The notes beneath the pieces were generated by a model that was given only the letters and a program-made list of their open reading frames with translations, made no database searches and was not told the DNA's origin. A stretch of 64,000 bases of DNA from a virus (lineage: Duplodnaviria > Caudoviricetes): positions 13,301-77,300 of IMG/VR virus record IMGVR_UViG_2775506835_000007; one strand, 5' to 3'. Numbering within the stretch: the stretch's first letter is position 1; each line of letters begins with the position of its first letter. Of the stretch, positions 37,231 to 47,309 are shown in pieces. The position numbers and the translations under genes were made by a program.

Positions 37231-37875
37231 TCACCCCAATTTTGATTTATCCGGCAGCCGCAGGACCGATCCCGCACGGATCAGGTTTGGATTTTTGATC
37301 CCGTTGAATGTCGCCAGTTTCGCGGCAAGTCCGGCGCTCCCGTAAAACCTGCGGCAGATCGCCCCCAGCGTATCTCCGGACGCAATTTTGTACGTTTGAG
37401 GTGTGGCGGGCGGGGCTTCCACGGCGCGCGCGGAACTGGCCGCTGCGGCCGCCTCGATTTTTACGGCTGCAAGCTCTTTGTATTCGCACAGTTCCAGCGA
37501 CATGTACAAGTCATTCGACCCGTCTTGCTCCTTGTACGTGATGCTCTGGACTCTGACAGGGATGTTCACCGTCGTGTCTGTGATGATCAGCCGCAGAACG
37601 GTCCCTTCATTTTTGAATCGCTCAAACGTCGAGATATAGGCGTATGGTTCCACGATTTCGTTCACTGTCACAAACTGATATTTTTGCGCCGGGATCAAAA
37701 AATCCAATTTGATGGTTTTATATGTATCGGTCCCCAGCAGCGCAACATCGCCCATGGCATGGATGTTGACCGTTTCCATATTGCGATCCGTTGTGATCTC
37801 AAATGACGGGGGAGTGACCGGCATGTTCATTTCCGCGCCATTTTCCGCGTTTTTAAATATAATCTTTCTTAGCAT
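37231..37875 (-). CDS. LysM-domain tail protein, XkdP-like
   Basis: PVTP N-terminus; YKIASGDTLGAICRRFYG...IKNPNLI. Confidence 0.9.
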   Translation of the reverse strand: MLRKIIFKNAENGAEMNMPVTPPSFEITTDRNMETVNIHAMGDVALLGTDTYKTIKLDFLIPAQKYQFVTVNEIVEPYAYISTFERFKNEGTVLRLIITDTTVNIPVRVQSITYKEQDGSNDLYMSLELCEYKELAAVKIEAAAAASSARAVEAPPATPQTYKIASGDTLGAICRRFYGSAGLAAKLATFNGIKNPNLIRAGSVLRLPDKSKLG

Positions 37876-37885
37876 GTCGATCTCC

Positions 37886-40087
37886 TTATACCGTTCTCAT
37901 TGCCTGGCACACTTCTTGTGCCACTAATTCGGCAACGTGACGGGCTTCGTCTTCTGCACCTTCCCTGATCTGCATCCCGTCCATATTTACAACGATAACC
38001 GGCCCGGCCCCAGACGCGTACTGCCTCGCCTGCGCCGCGGTCAACACCTGTTCTCCCTCGTGCAAGAGGGCAGGGAAATTGTCGTAAGGGACACGTGCCA
38101 TGCCAAATGCTTTCGCGGGTCCATATTGCTGTGCACCGGATCGATCTGCTGGCGCGGTTTCCTTTTCTTGATTTTCTCTCTGGTTTGAGTAGGTTCCGAT
38201 CCCCTCTTGCGGGGCCTCGCCTGTTTCTGTTGGTCCCCCATAATAAAATCCGTCGGTATAATCTCCGTTGAGATAGTTTTTTACCGGATCATTTTTTGCA
38301 AGAGCAACCGCCATGCCCTTACTAAATTCTTCTCCCATTTCATAGCCAAAAGTCTTATACACTTCATCCTGTACCATGGCGTCGCGTATTCCGCCAACCA
38401 GTGCTTTTTGACTTTCCACCTCAAGCTTCGCGCCCTCTGTTTTGTTGTACTCAGCAGCGGCGATTACCTGTGCTTCCTGCAACACACGCCCCATTTCGGC
38501 GCCGTCATCCTTGGCGGAAGCCTCCGCATATTCTTTGTACAGCTCGGATAGACGTTTTTGCGTTTCTTCTGAAAATGTATTATATATATTTCCTTGGGTT
38601 ACGGATTTGTAGGCGTCTCGTTGCATTTCTTCTTGGAGATTTTCCAAAGAAGCTTTATATTCTCCGATTCTGCGATTGGCCTCTTTCATTTCTTCGCCAG
38701 AGTCGCCCTCGTAAAACCGGATTTCATCCTGGATTCCCTTTTTCCGGGCTTCGTTGTACCCTTTTCCCATGGCAGACTGCATTTCTTGATTCCATCCGGT
38801 CAGCGTGCTTTGCATGCCCGCATAGGTTTTAGATTGTTCCTCCATGGCCCCAGCGTACAATTCATCAAATTTTTGGATGATGAGTTCGGAGACTTCTACA
38901 CCACTCAATTTTCCTTCTGATATCAGGTCATAGACATCACCTTTAGATTTCCCCAGATTCTCGGCGATGTATCCGACAGCATCAACGCCACGGTCGTTCA
39001 AAATATTCAGGTATTCCAGCGTCGCCTTGTCGCTGGATTTCATGCGGCCGATAGCTGTTGCAACCATGTTCATATCGGGCGTTGTCATGCCCAATGCCGC
39101 ACCAGCGTTACCGACGCTGGTCAGAGTCGGTAACGTGTTTTGTTCGTCATAGCCAAACGTTTTCAGCGTCTTAGACATGGCGGTCAGGTCTCCGTACAAA
39201 AATGGCGTTGAATTGGCCATATCCTTCAAGTCGCTCAAAAACGTTTCCGCTTTTCCTTTATCGTTTCCAAACAGCGTCGTAAACGACACGAGGTCCGTTT
39301 CTCTCTGCGCCGCGATCCCACTTCCGGCGGTCAAATTCTCTTGCTGTTCCTGTGTGACCACTTGATATTGCTCTTGTACCGCTGTTCGGTATGCCTGATC
39401 CTGGTTCTCAAATATCTGTGTTGCGCCGGTTATAGCCCCGACACCCGCGCCGATCGCTCCGCCGATGGCCGTCCCGATTCCCGGCGCAATCATCGACCCC
39501 ATGGCAGCCCCCGCGGCAGCGCTCCCCAGAATCGATCCAAACATTGTTCCCGTTTCGCTACCAAACGCACTTGATACCGCTGTGTTCGCCGTGGAGGCAA
39601 GCGCGTTTCCGATCATCTGGGTAAACCCGGCGGATGCAAACGATTTCAGGAGTCCTGATTCTCCGCCGTCCGGCCTGCCGCCTCCGCTTCCAGCCCGGTT
39701 TCCCTCTCGGCGTTCTGTGCGTCCCAGGTTTTCCATTTCACGCTGTGCGGATCGCGCCTCCCTGGTCACAAGCTTCAAATTTTCTTGGATTCGGTCGTAT
39801 TCTTCTTGTAGCTCGACAAGCTTATTTGTTTTTCCGGCTTCGTCTTCTAAGTTTCTTATTTCATCACGAGCTTGTTGCATCGCCTTTTTTGCTTCTTGCA
39901 ATTGCTTTTTCGCTCGATCTGATTCTATTTTCAAGGTTGCCTTTGTTCGATTTAACGCATCAATTTTATGCTGTAATCCGTCGGTTTCTCTTGAAAACGC
40001 CGAATTTGCATTACGCATTGACGTTATTGCGTTTGAATAATTGTCTCTTGCGCTTATAACGATGGATACATTCGGCACTGCGTTCAC
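37886..40087 (-). CDS. Tape measure protein
   Basis: Coiled coil, Gly/Ala-rich segment, ANSTPF tape-measure motif, LHEGEQVLT. Confidence 0.92.
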   Translation of the reverse strand: MNAVPNVSIVISARDNYSNAITSMRNANSAFSRETDGLQHKIDALNRTKATLKIESDRAKKQLQEAKKAMQQARDEIRNLEDEAGKTNKLVELQEEYDRIQENLKLVTREARSAQREMENLGRTERREGNRAGSGGGRPDGGESGLLKSFASAGFTQMIGNALASTANTAVSSAFGSETGTMFGSILGSAAAGAAMGSMIAPGIGTAIGGAIGAGVGAITGATQIFENQDQAYRTAVQEQYQVVTQEQQENLTAGSGIAAQRETDLVSFTTLFGNDKGKAETFLSDLKDMANSTPFLYGDLTAMSKTLKTFGYDEQNTLPTLTSVGNAGAALGMTTPDMNMVATAIGRMKSSDKATLEYLNILNDRGVDAVGYIAENLGKSKGDVYDLISEGKLSGVEVSELIIQKFDELYAGAMEEQSKTYAGMQSTLTGWNQEMQSAMGKGYNEARKKGIQDEIRFYEGDSGEEMKEANRRIGEYKASLENLQEEMQRDAYKSVTQGNIYNTFSEETQKRLSELYKEYAEASAKDDGAEMGRVLQEAQVIAAAEYNKTEGAKLEVESQKALVGGIRDAMVQDEVYKTFGYEMGEEFSKGMAVALAKNDPVKNYLNGDYTDGFYYGGPTETGEAPQEGIGTYSNQRENQEKETAPADRSGAQQYGPAKAFGMARVPYDNFPALLHEGEQVLTAAQARQYASGAGPVIVVNMDGMQIREGAEDEARHVAELVAQEVCQAMRTV

Positions 40088-40238
40088 CTTCTTCTGGATT
40101 CCATGTCTTTTTCAAAAAAAGCTCTTATCACAGCCTTTTCCCCGGCGGGCAGGTTGTAATAAGAGCCGGGCAGTATATTTTTTTCAGCGAACAGGTAGTA
40201 CATCAGCTGTACTTCCGGGTCTTCCTCTATTTTTTTTT
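40084..40238 (-). CDS. Tail chaperone -1 frameshift extension
   Basis: A9 run before TAG; -1 frame IEEDPEVQLMYYLFAEKNILPG...GEKAVIRAF to TGA. Confidence 0.75.
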
Positions 40239-40610
40239 AACTTCCTCCACTGTGCTTTTGCGGTATCCGCTCAACTTTTCAATTTCTTGCGCCAAGTCTT
40301 CGATTTCTCCCGCAAGCAGCATCTTTTTGAGCAATTCAGCAGGAGTCGGCACGCTGAATTTTTCCATCAGCTCTTTCGATTTCAGGTCCGGCGCGGTAAC
40401 TCCGGCCAGCACGATGTGGATGCTCATATCCTGGTCCTTTGTGGCGGCGGAAGCTTTGATGTCCGCTACGCGGCTGTAGGACAGCGCCTTGAGGGAAAAG
40501 ATCACATCTTCCCCGCAAATTTCACTTAGACGTTTTACCTTGAAATCTTTTTCCGGCGCCGCCATGATCAGCTTTTCGTCTGCCGCAAGCAGGCTTTTTA
40601 ATACGTCCAT
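40227..40610 (-). CDS. Tail assembly chaperone, XkdN-like
   Basis: PDLKSKELMEKF...LLAGEI...EEVKKK. Confidence 0.85.
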   Translation of the reverse strand: MDVLKSLLAADEKLIMAAPEKDFKVKRLSEICGEDVIFSLKALSYSRVADIKASAATKDQDMSIHIVLAGVTAPDLKSKELMEKFSVPTPAELLKKMLLAGEIEDLAQEIEKLSGYRKSTVEEVKKK

Positions 40611-40612
40611 CT

Positions 40613-41044
40613 TTATACCTCCGGGATCATGTCAAGATAATCGTAATCGGTGAAGGTAAACGGGGATTCGATTTTCCCGGCGGTGTTCGCCTCCCAGTCT
40701 GCCAAAGTCAGATCATCGAAGGACACGCCGTTTGCCACCACGCGCTCCGCGCCGTAGGCATCCGGATCGTCCAGCTTTGAAATGATCGTAAACCGGGCGT
40801 CCTCGCCGTTCTTGATTTTTTCTCCGATCTTCCGCGCCATGCGGCTGGATACCTTATACATCTTCACGGAGCCGGTGCAATCTATTCCGGTGATCTTTTT
40901 GTCAACCGCCATCATCCCGCACCGGGCAATATCTTCTTTTTTAAACGACACCTTGAGCTGCATCCCGTAGCACTCGGTCACGTACTCACCATCCAGCCAG
41001 ACTTCGCCCCAAGTACCGGATATGACTCTTTTTGCACTTTCCAC
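40613..41044 (-). CDS. Tail tube protein, XkdM-like
   Basis: VISGTWGEVWLDG, SKLDDPD, PFTFTD. Confidence 0.92.
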   Translation of the reverse strand: MESAKRVISGTWGEVWLDGEYVTECYGMQLKVSFKKEDIARCGMMAVDKKITGIDCTGSVKMYKVSSRMARKIGEKIKNGEDARFTIISKLDDPDAYGAERVVANGVSFDDLTLADWEANTAGKIESPFTFTDYDYLDMIPEV

Positions 41045-41057
41045 GGTTTATGCCTCC

Positions 41058-42122
41058 TTAAATTACGATTTGCAAGTCGATGTCTTCAATCGCATCCAAA
41101 ATTTTGATGTTTGCCAGCAAAAACACTTTATCCGCGGTATTTGCGCTGCGGATTTCCTGCTCGCTCATCGCGGACACATCTACGCCTGTACTCTGCAAAT
41201 AGGCTTTTTGCGCCTCTACATCGATGTCGATTGTGTTTTTTCCGGGGTCAAGCACACCGTCGATCTCAAGCTGCGTAAAATATCCTTTGATCGCCGTGAT
41301 GAAAAGGCATTTGTTGTCATAGCTGTTGGCGTACTTCCCGATGTAGCTGTCCTGCGCGGTGATCTGTATATCCCTTTTGATCGCGGCCACGGCATCCACG
41401 ATTTTGATCTTTTTAAACTGTTCTCCCTTGTCTTTGGTTGTGGTGGTCAGAGAGTTGATTCCACGGCCTACTTTCACTTTGCGTCCGTCGTGCATCAGAA
41501 TGAACTTTCCGGCGTCAATCGCGGTATCCATTTCCTCTTTGGTCATGCGCTTAATGTCGGTGATTTCCGGAAGCGGGGCATAGGTGCAGGATATATTCAT
41601 CGGCGTTCCGGCCAGCAATCCCGCGATGCGGCTGCAATACTGCGCCGCGGTGTATATCTGATCTCCTGTCTGGATTTCCTCTGCCACAAAATTAATCACG
41701 GCTTCGTTATCTGCTGTATGCCCCGGCAAAACCGCGCGCGGCGTCGCTCCCTGCTCCCATTGCGTTTTCACCCAGGATGCAATGGCGGTCGATTCCGCGC
41801 TTGAGGTATCCGGCGGACCGGCGAGGTAATCAAACGTCTGTGTCGCAAAATAGTCGAGCGCTTCTGTCAGGTTTGCTGCGTCCAACGGCAGGACGTACAA
41901 AATCACCTTGCTCGGCGCACTGACATAGCCCAAAAACGTGCGGCTTACATATTCCTGGTTGTCCGCCGCAAGTTCTGCCGGAACCTCTGTTGCGCCGGTA
42001 ATCACGTGCGCGCCGTTTTGCTTACTGTCCTTTATGATCAGTCCGACCGTACCTTTTTTTGATAACTGCACGGCTGCGGCCGCAGCTGTTTTAAATGCGA
42101 TATTGATATTTGGCAGTCCCAT
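41058..42122 (-). CDS. Contractile tail sheath protein
   Basis: MGLPNINIAF, RIAGLLAG, GINSL, YIGKYANSYDNK. Confidence 0.92.
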   Translation of the reverse strand: MGLPNINIAFKTAAAAAVQLSKKGTVGLIIKDSKQNGAHVITGATEVPAELAADNQEYVSRTFLGYVSAPSKVILYVLPLDAANLTEALDYFATQTFDYLAGPPDTSSAESTAIASWVKTQWEQGATPRAVLPGHTADNEAVINFVAEEIQTGDQIYTAAQYCSRIAGLLAGTPMNISCTYAPLPEITDIKRMTKEEMDTAIDAGKFILMHDGRKVKVGRGINSLTTTTKDKGEQFKKIKIVDAVAAIKRDIQITAQDSYIGKYANSYDNKCLFITAIKGYFTQLEIDGVLDPGKNTIDIDVEAQKAYLQSTGVDVSAMSEQEIRSANTADKVFLLANIKILDAIEDIDLQIVI

Positions 42123-42126
42123 AGCG

Positions 42127-42576
42127 TTATGCCTCCTTTATGGTCGTTTCTACTGTTTTGATGGTCTGATATTGCTCGGCTTGTTCGTCCGTGTCGTCAA
42201 AATACGATACCGTGATGGTCATAGCAAGCAAATTTGGCCCGGCTTCGTCCACCTTGGTCGAGATATTCAGCTTTCGATTTCCAACGGCGAGCTTACCGGG
42301 GGAAAACGCCGATATGATCTTTTGCTGCGCGTCTACCAACTGCGACATGATCGGATTTTTATGGGCATCCAGTTCTCCCATATACATCAGCGTAAATTCC
42401 GCCTTGCATTTCACGGCACACCGGGTGGCTGGAATCGATTCCCATTTTTTCAATTCAATGTAGTAGCTTGGCCTTTCAAATTCCTGCGGGCAATTCTCCG
42501 TATACGCGGTCGCGCCCGGAAACATCTTGCACAACACGGCGCAAATTGCATCTATCAGGTTTGTGTATGTGAGCAA
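42127..42576 (-). CDS. Tail terminator protein
   Basis: PQEFERPSYYI; position. Confidence 0.72.
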   Translation of the reverse strand: MLTYTNLIDAICAVLCKMFPGATAYTENCPQEFERPSYYIELKKWESIPATRCAVKCKAEFTLMYMGELDAHKNPIMSQLVDAQQKIISAFSPGKLAVGNRKLNISTKVDEAGPNLLAMTITVSYFDDTDEQAEQYQTIKTVETTIKEA

Positions 42577-43062
42577 CTATCCGCCCTCCATTCTCTGCAA
42601 AATTTCGTCCGCAAACCGTTCGGCTTCTTCAACGGCCTTTTTCCCCAACTCATCGTTTGCCGCCTTGTAAAAAAACCTTCCGCTTACGGCGATCATTTTA
42701 GCCCGGCCTGGCCGCTTTCGCTTTGTATCCGGGGAGGGTGGACGGACGCGGTGCCCGTTTTCGATCGCGTTTGTGATTTGTCCATATCTGTACGCATTCC
42801 CTTTTCCGTTCGGCGGCAGCTCGCCTTTTCGCGGTCTTACGGCTGCATATCCGCCTTTTGTTCCAACGGCTTTTTCCTGCCACCCTTTTATTTTCGTAGT
42901 GTCTCCGTTCAACCTTTCGTCCGTTTTCTGGTCCAAGGTTTCGTTTGCAATAGACGCCAGCCGTTCATGGAGTTTGCGCCGGGCTTCTTTATTTCCCTTC
43001 AAAATATTTTCCACCCGGCGCGAAAACCCATCAAACTGCGACGTGTCAATGCTCTGGGACAT
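42577..43062 (-). CDS. HK97 gp10-like neck protein
   Basis: ITNAIENGHR...VSGRFFY. Confidence 0.72.
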   Translation of the reverse strand: MSQSIDTSQFDGFSRRVENILKGNKEARRKLHERLASIANETLDQKTDERLNGDTTKIKGWQEKAVGTKGGYAAVRPRKGELPPNGKGNAYRYGQITNAIENGHRVRPPSPDTKRKRPGRAKMIAVSGRFFYKAANDELGKKAVEEAERFADEILQRMEGG

Positions 43063-43064
43063 TT

Positions 43065-43658
43065 TTACACATCCTTTGTATTGACAATTTCATACTCATT
43101 TTTGTACTGATCCAGGCAATGAGCGATTTGTACAACATAGGTTTCGGAGCCGATGTTTACCAGGTCCCCTGATAGCAGCTCGATTTTCTTTGGCGTTACT
43201 ATCACCAAGGTGGTCGTGGTCTGAGATTCCGGCGTATCTTTTTGATAACCCATATACTTTTCGGTTAAACAGGCCGGAAATTCAGCGATACGGATCGGCT
43301 CTTCTTGCCATTGCGGGCGGTTGTACTGGTCCTTCGTTTTTGGCCTCCTGGACGCAATACATTTTACAGGTTCGATCATCGCAGCCTGTATTTCACAGTA
43401 CATCCGGTTTATTTCTTTGATCGACGTTAGAAAGCAGTGTTTCCCATTCCAGTCTATGGCGTTGTTCAGGGATATAGGGCGGCGGCGAACCGTAAATTTT
43501 ACGCCCGCCACCCCAATTCCAACCTTTGAAAATAAATTGCTCCCTTGCTGTATTTCCGCCTTTGCCCAAGTGTCTTCTGTACTGTCCCACCAAAAATACG
43601 CGCCGCTGTTTTGCAGGTGTTTTAATCCGATTCTTTCATTCAATTCGCCTGCATTCAT
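43065..43658 (-). CDS. Head closure protein
   Basis: MNAGELNERI...TWAK. Confidence 0.78.
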   Translation of the reverse strand: MNAGELNERIGLKHLQNSGAYFWWDSTEDTWAKAEIQQGSNLFSKVGIGVAGVKFTVRRRPISLNNAIDWNGKHCFLTSIKEINRMYCEIQAAMIEPVKCIASRRPKTKDQYNRPQWQEEPIRIAEFPACLTEKYMGYQKDTPESQTTTTLVIVTPKKIELLSGDLVNIGSETYVVQIAHCLDQYKNEYEIVNTKDV

Positions 43659-43948
43659 CAGCTATCCTCCTGCAAGGCTCCGGCTTGCAGCTGAGAAATC
43701 AAATTCCGCAGACCGAAACCAAGGTCTTTATCGTTTCCGACCGCCTCCCGGTTGTCGTACCAATGCGAAAACAGCATGCATACCGCCAGTCGATATGCCG
43801 GATTCGCTTCGTTGAGTTCCCTGCTTTTTTGATCGATCGCCTCTGTTATGTACGCTTCAGCTGCATCAAAGATGATTTTTGCGCCATATTCAATCTCCCT
43901 CTGGTCCACCCTTGCATATTTCAAGGCATCTTCCAAAAGCGTTCCCAT
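43658..43948 (-). CDS. Head-tail connector (gp6-like)
   Basis: AAEAYI...LAVCMLFSHWYDNRE. Confidence 0.88.
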   Translation of the reverse strand: MGTLLEDALKYARVDQREIEYGAKIIFDAAEAYITEAIDQKSRELNEANPAYRLAVCMLFSHWYDNREAVGNDKDLGFGLRNLISQLQAGALQEDS

Positions 43949-45168
43949 CAGATTTTACCGGTTACATCCATTGCGCCGCGTACAACGGCGGCGGCATCCA
44001 CCGTCACGACGTCTTCGCGCTCAATCACGCGCATTTCGGTCCGGTTCTTCCGGAATGCCGTGCCGCCAATGTTTGTAGATGCAATCTGATGCCCTTTCCG
44101 CTCAAACATCTTGATGTACTCCGGGATGTTTCCGATAAAAATGGGGGCAAGCTGCTTCTGCGCGTCTCCGGTGCCGCTGGTCTCTGTCGGCAGCGTCGAG
44201 TTGGATACGACTCTAACAGATTTTCCGGCAAAAACTTTTCCGCTGGGATTGGTAATGTCCACCTGCATCAAGGGCCTGCCGTTTTTGTCCTCCAACGTGT
44301 CAAGATACTGGTACCCATCTTGGTTGGTCAGGATAATGGAGCTTGCCGCAAAGATCGGATCCAGTGTTACGTTGATCGCTTTTTTGATCGCTTTGTAATC
44401 GGCAAATGGAGTGGCATCCAGCGCGTTGAGCTTCGCGCAGATCAGTTGATTCCTGGTAACAACCGATTTCTTCCCGATCCAATTGACCAAAAACGCGATG
44501 ATATTTTGATCAGTATCTTCCAGCAGATCGTTCGGGATCGGCGTCCATCCGCCGTAATCTTTGATGTCGTATTTGATGGCCTCAAATTTTGGCGGGATCA
44601 TTTCGGGCAAATCCATGTCGTCCGATGTGAGGTTTTCAAACGGCGTCAGTTCCGCAAGAGTTTCGTAAACGCGGCTTCCGGACTTCATGTTTGTCGCAAT
44701 TACGTCAACCAGGCTCTCCAAACGGTCAAGTGTGCGCTTGTACTCGTTGATCTTGGTCTGGATGTCCTGCGGCAGCAGCAGTCCGCCGTTTTCGTCCGGC
44801 GTCTCGTGCAATCCCTCGGCAGCGTAAACATCCAGCGCGGCGTCGTAAGCGCTTCTTTCGTTCGGCCTCAGCCACGCGACACACATGTCGCGCCTTCGGA
44901 GTGCGGAGAAAAACGCCCTTCTGTAATCCGCTTTTGCTTCTTCTTTGTCTTTTACTTCACCTTTCGGCGGATCAGCGGGCGGCGGATCCGTATCCAGCTC
45001 TGCCATCAGGTCGGCTTTTTCGATCAGGTCTTTTGCTTCCGCCACCTTTGCCTTCGCCTTTTCCATCTCGTTTTTTGCCACCAGATCGCGTGCTTCCTGT
45101 TTCAGCTTATTTGCCTGTACCCGGAGTTCTCTTTCTTCTTTTGTCACAGTTTTAATCCCCTTTCTCAA
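43948..45168 (-). CDS. Major capsid protein, HK97 family
   Basis: GGLLLPQDIQTKI, NDLLEDT, TNQDGYQYLDTLEDKNGRPL. Confidence 0.95.
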   Translation of the reverse strand: MRKGIKTVTKEERELRVQANKLKQEARDLVAKNEMEKAKAKVAEAKDLIEKADLMAELDTDPPPADPPKGEVKDKEEAKADYRRAFFSALRRRDMCVAWLRPNERSAYDAALDVYAAEGLHETPDENGGLLLPQDIQTKINEYKRTLDRLESLVDVIATNMKSGSRVYETLAELTPFENLTSDDMDLPEMIPPKFEAIKYDIKDYGGWTPIPNDLLEDTDQNIIAFLVNWIGKKSVVTRNQLICAKLNALDATPFADYKAIKKAINVTLDPIFAASSIILTNQDGYQYLDTLEDKNGRPLMQVDITNPSGKVFAGKSVRVVSNSTLPTETSGTGDAQKQLAPIFIGNIPEYIKMFERKGHQIASTNIGGTAFRKNRTEMRVIEREDVVTVDAAAVVRGAMDVTGKI

Positions 45169-45887
45169 ATCGCATCAATCATTAAGAGCAGCTTTTCTTT
45201 TTCGTCCCGCTGCTCATCTTCTTTTGCCTTTTTCAACGCGGATTCTGGTAAATTTTTATACTTTACAAACATCGCGCTGGAGCAAGCAGCAACCCTTGTT
45301 TCTTCTGTTTTTACATTTTCAAAAAAATCAGCCAGTTCAGCGCCGTTCACCCACCACTCATCATGCATTTTTTGACGGATGTCAACCTCCGTATCGCTTT
45401 TCAGATGAGCGCGATATATTTCCGCATAGGATTCTTCGAGTTTTTCCAGCGTTTCCACTGTTTTTCTCAGGTCAACAGAATTTCCTATTGCAAATGTCCA
45501 CGGATCGTGCATCATCACTAAAGCTCCCGCCGGAGCGATAATTTCATCCGCCGCAAAGAGAGGCATTGTGGCGGCGCTGGCAGCCATACCGTCGATATGC
45601 GCAACCTTACGCGCCTTAGACCGCATCAATATCTCATACATCGCTTTACCGGCAAAAGCATCACCCCCGCCGGAATTGATATACATGTGGATTTCTTCTT
45701 TGTCCTCTACCTCTTTCAAAAAATCAACAATTTCCATTGGGCATTTATCTTCCGGCGCCCACTTTTCCCATTCCGTTCCAACTATGTCACCAAATATGTA
45801 TAGCTCCGCAATGGTCGGTGTTTTATTTTTGATTTCAATGGTTCCCTTGGCCCCGGTTTTTTCGCAGGATAGTTTAAGTATCGCCAA
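45165..45887 (-). CDS. Prohead protease, ClpP-like
   Basis: INSGGGD, IDGMAASAAT, MMHDPW. Confidence 0.93.
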   Translation of the reverse strand: MAILKLSCEKTGAKGTIEIKNKTPTIAELYIFGDIVGTEWEKWAPEDKCPMEIVDFLKEVEDKEEIHMYINSGGGDAFAGKAMYEILMRSKARKVAHIDGMAASAATMPLFAADEIIAPAGALVMMHDPWTFAIGNSVDLRKTVETLEKLEESYAEIYRAHLKSDTEVDIRQKMHDEWWVNGAELADFFENVKTEETRVAACSSAMFVKYKNLPESALKKAKEDEQRDEKEKLLLMIDAI

Positions 45888-47127
45888 TCGCGTTCCCTCC
45901 TTTCATCGCCATGCCCTGCGCCAGCAGTTTTACCGGTGCCAGGGCAGAGTTTCCGAATAGTTCGTCTCCGCCTTCCCGCGGGGGAAGGTCTTCTTTTTGA
46001 CGGCACTCGTTTGGCGTCATAACCCCATTTTGAATCGCGTCCTTGTACATGGTCATCCGCTTTTCAATTTCCGCGCGCGTGATCGCGTCAGCGTTAAATT
46101 TGGCATAATATCCGGCCTTGATTTCGCTTGGCAGGAAGCACTTGTAATTGATTTCCTGTTCGTATTCCGCGAGAATTGCCATCATGGTATCTGTGTAAAA
46201 TTCCCGGTTGCTCTCCGACACGGATGCATACGACGCCTTTGTCAGATCGTTCACTTGATGCGGCTTGACCCCGAATGCCGCTGTAAGCTGTTGGACCGTA
46301 AACCGCGAATTTTCCAAAAACTGCGCATCTGTCAGTTTCATCTGGAACGGTTCAAACCGCATTCCCATTGGCATAACAGCAATCCGGTTTGCGTTGACAA
46401 TTCCCATTGTCATCTTTTCAAATTGATTCCGTATTTTGTTTGACTTTTCTGTATCTAGGTCGCCGGTATATTGCAGCACGCCGGAGGCCATCATGCCCTT
46501 TTTGTAGCTGGTGTTTAAAAACGTCCCGCTGGCCTTTGCATTTTCTACCGACGCGCGCAGGGCCTCTATGACGCTCAGTCCTACAATCCCGTCGGTCGAG
46601 AGGCCCTTGAAATGCAAAATTTCATCCTGCCTAAACCAGTATGGCGTTCCGTCGTTGTCGGTATAGTAGTACCAGATCATTCTGTTTCCACTCAACAATC
46701 CGACGTCGTCCATATAAATCGACACCCTGCGGCTGTCCAACGGGTATATGCCTTCTATCGCTCCGTTTTTTTTTGATGCAGAAATCCACGCATAGGCGTT
46801 TCCATATAACGTTCGCTGCGCCTCCAGGCATTTCCAACCGGTAATCGCGCTCATATATCGATTCATCCGCAGTTTCAAAATCGGCGCGATTGAGTGGTTT
46901 ACCTGCTGCTGTCCGCCTTCGGTGTACCGGTATACCTTCAAGGGCAGTTTTCCCAGCGTTTCAGACAGTATTTTCACGCAGGTGTATACCGTGGCTTCCT
47001 TTAGGGCCTTTTCCCCTCTGATGCTGTCGGATTCATCCATTCCAAGAGCTTCCCGCAGGCTATCCCATCCGTCATTCATTTGAGCTTTCGCCTGCGTGGC
47101 TGCAAGATATGATTTTCTAAAAATCAT
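45874..47127 (-). CDS. Portal protein, HK97 family
   Basis: ETLGKLPL, YGNAY, EILHFK, DAQFLE, MTPNECR. Confidence 0.95.
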   Translation of the reverse strand: MIFRKSYLAATQAKAQMNDGWDSLREALGMDESDSIRGEKALKEATVYTCVKILSETLGKLPLKVYRYTEGGQQQVNHSIAPILKLRMNRYMSAITGWKCLEAQRTLYGNAYAWISASKKNGAIEGIYPLDSRRVSIYMDDVGLLSGNRMIWYYYTDNDGTPYWFRQDEILHFKGLSTDGIVGLSVIEALRASVENAKASGTFLNTSYKKGMMASGVLQYTGDLDTEKSNKIRNQFEKMTMGIVNANRIAVMPMGMRFEPFQMKLTDAQFLENSRFTVQQLTAAFGVKPHQVNDLTKASYASVSESNREFYTDTMMAILAEYEQEINYKCFLPSEIKAGYYAKFNADAITRAEIEKRMTMYKDAIQNGVMTPNECRQKEDLPPREGGDELFGNSALAPVKLLAQGMAMKGGNAIGDT

Positions 47128-47309
47128 TTATCTCCGCCTCCGATCGGATGGATCGTAAACCAAGCCCCAATCCCTACAAGTTCAATCCCTGCGGCGAGCA
47201 GCCCCAACGGAATGCAAACGCAGAGCGCCGCCGCCGCGATGCAGCACAGCCCTGAGAGGATACATACATCTTCCGTGCTGTCCCGTATTTTATTCCACCA
47301 TTTTTTCAT
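47124..47309 (-). CDS. Small membrane protein between terminase and portal
   Basis: Two hydrophobic segments, usual position. Confidence 0.65.
   Translation of the reverse strand: MKKWWNKIRDSTEDVCILSGLCCIAAAALCVCIPLGLLAAGIELVGIGAWFTIHPIGGGDK

Noticed and set aside
39420-39560. Gly/Ala-rich repeat region
   Set aside because: Ordinary low-complexity hydrophobic segment of a tape measure protein.
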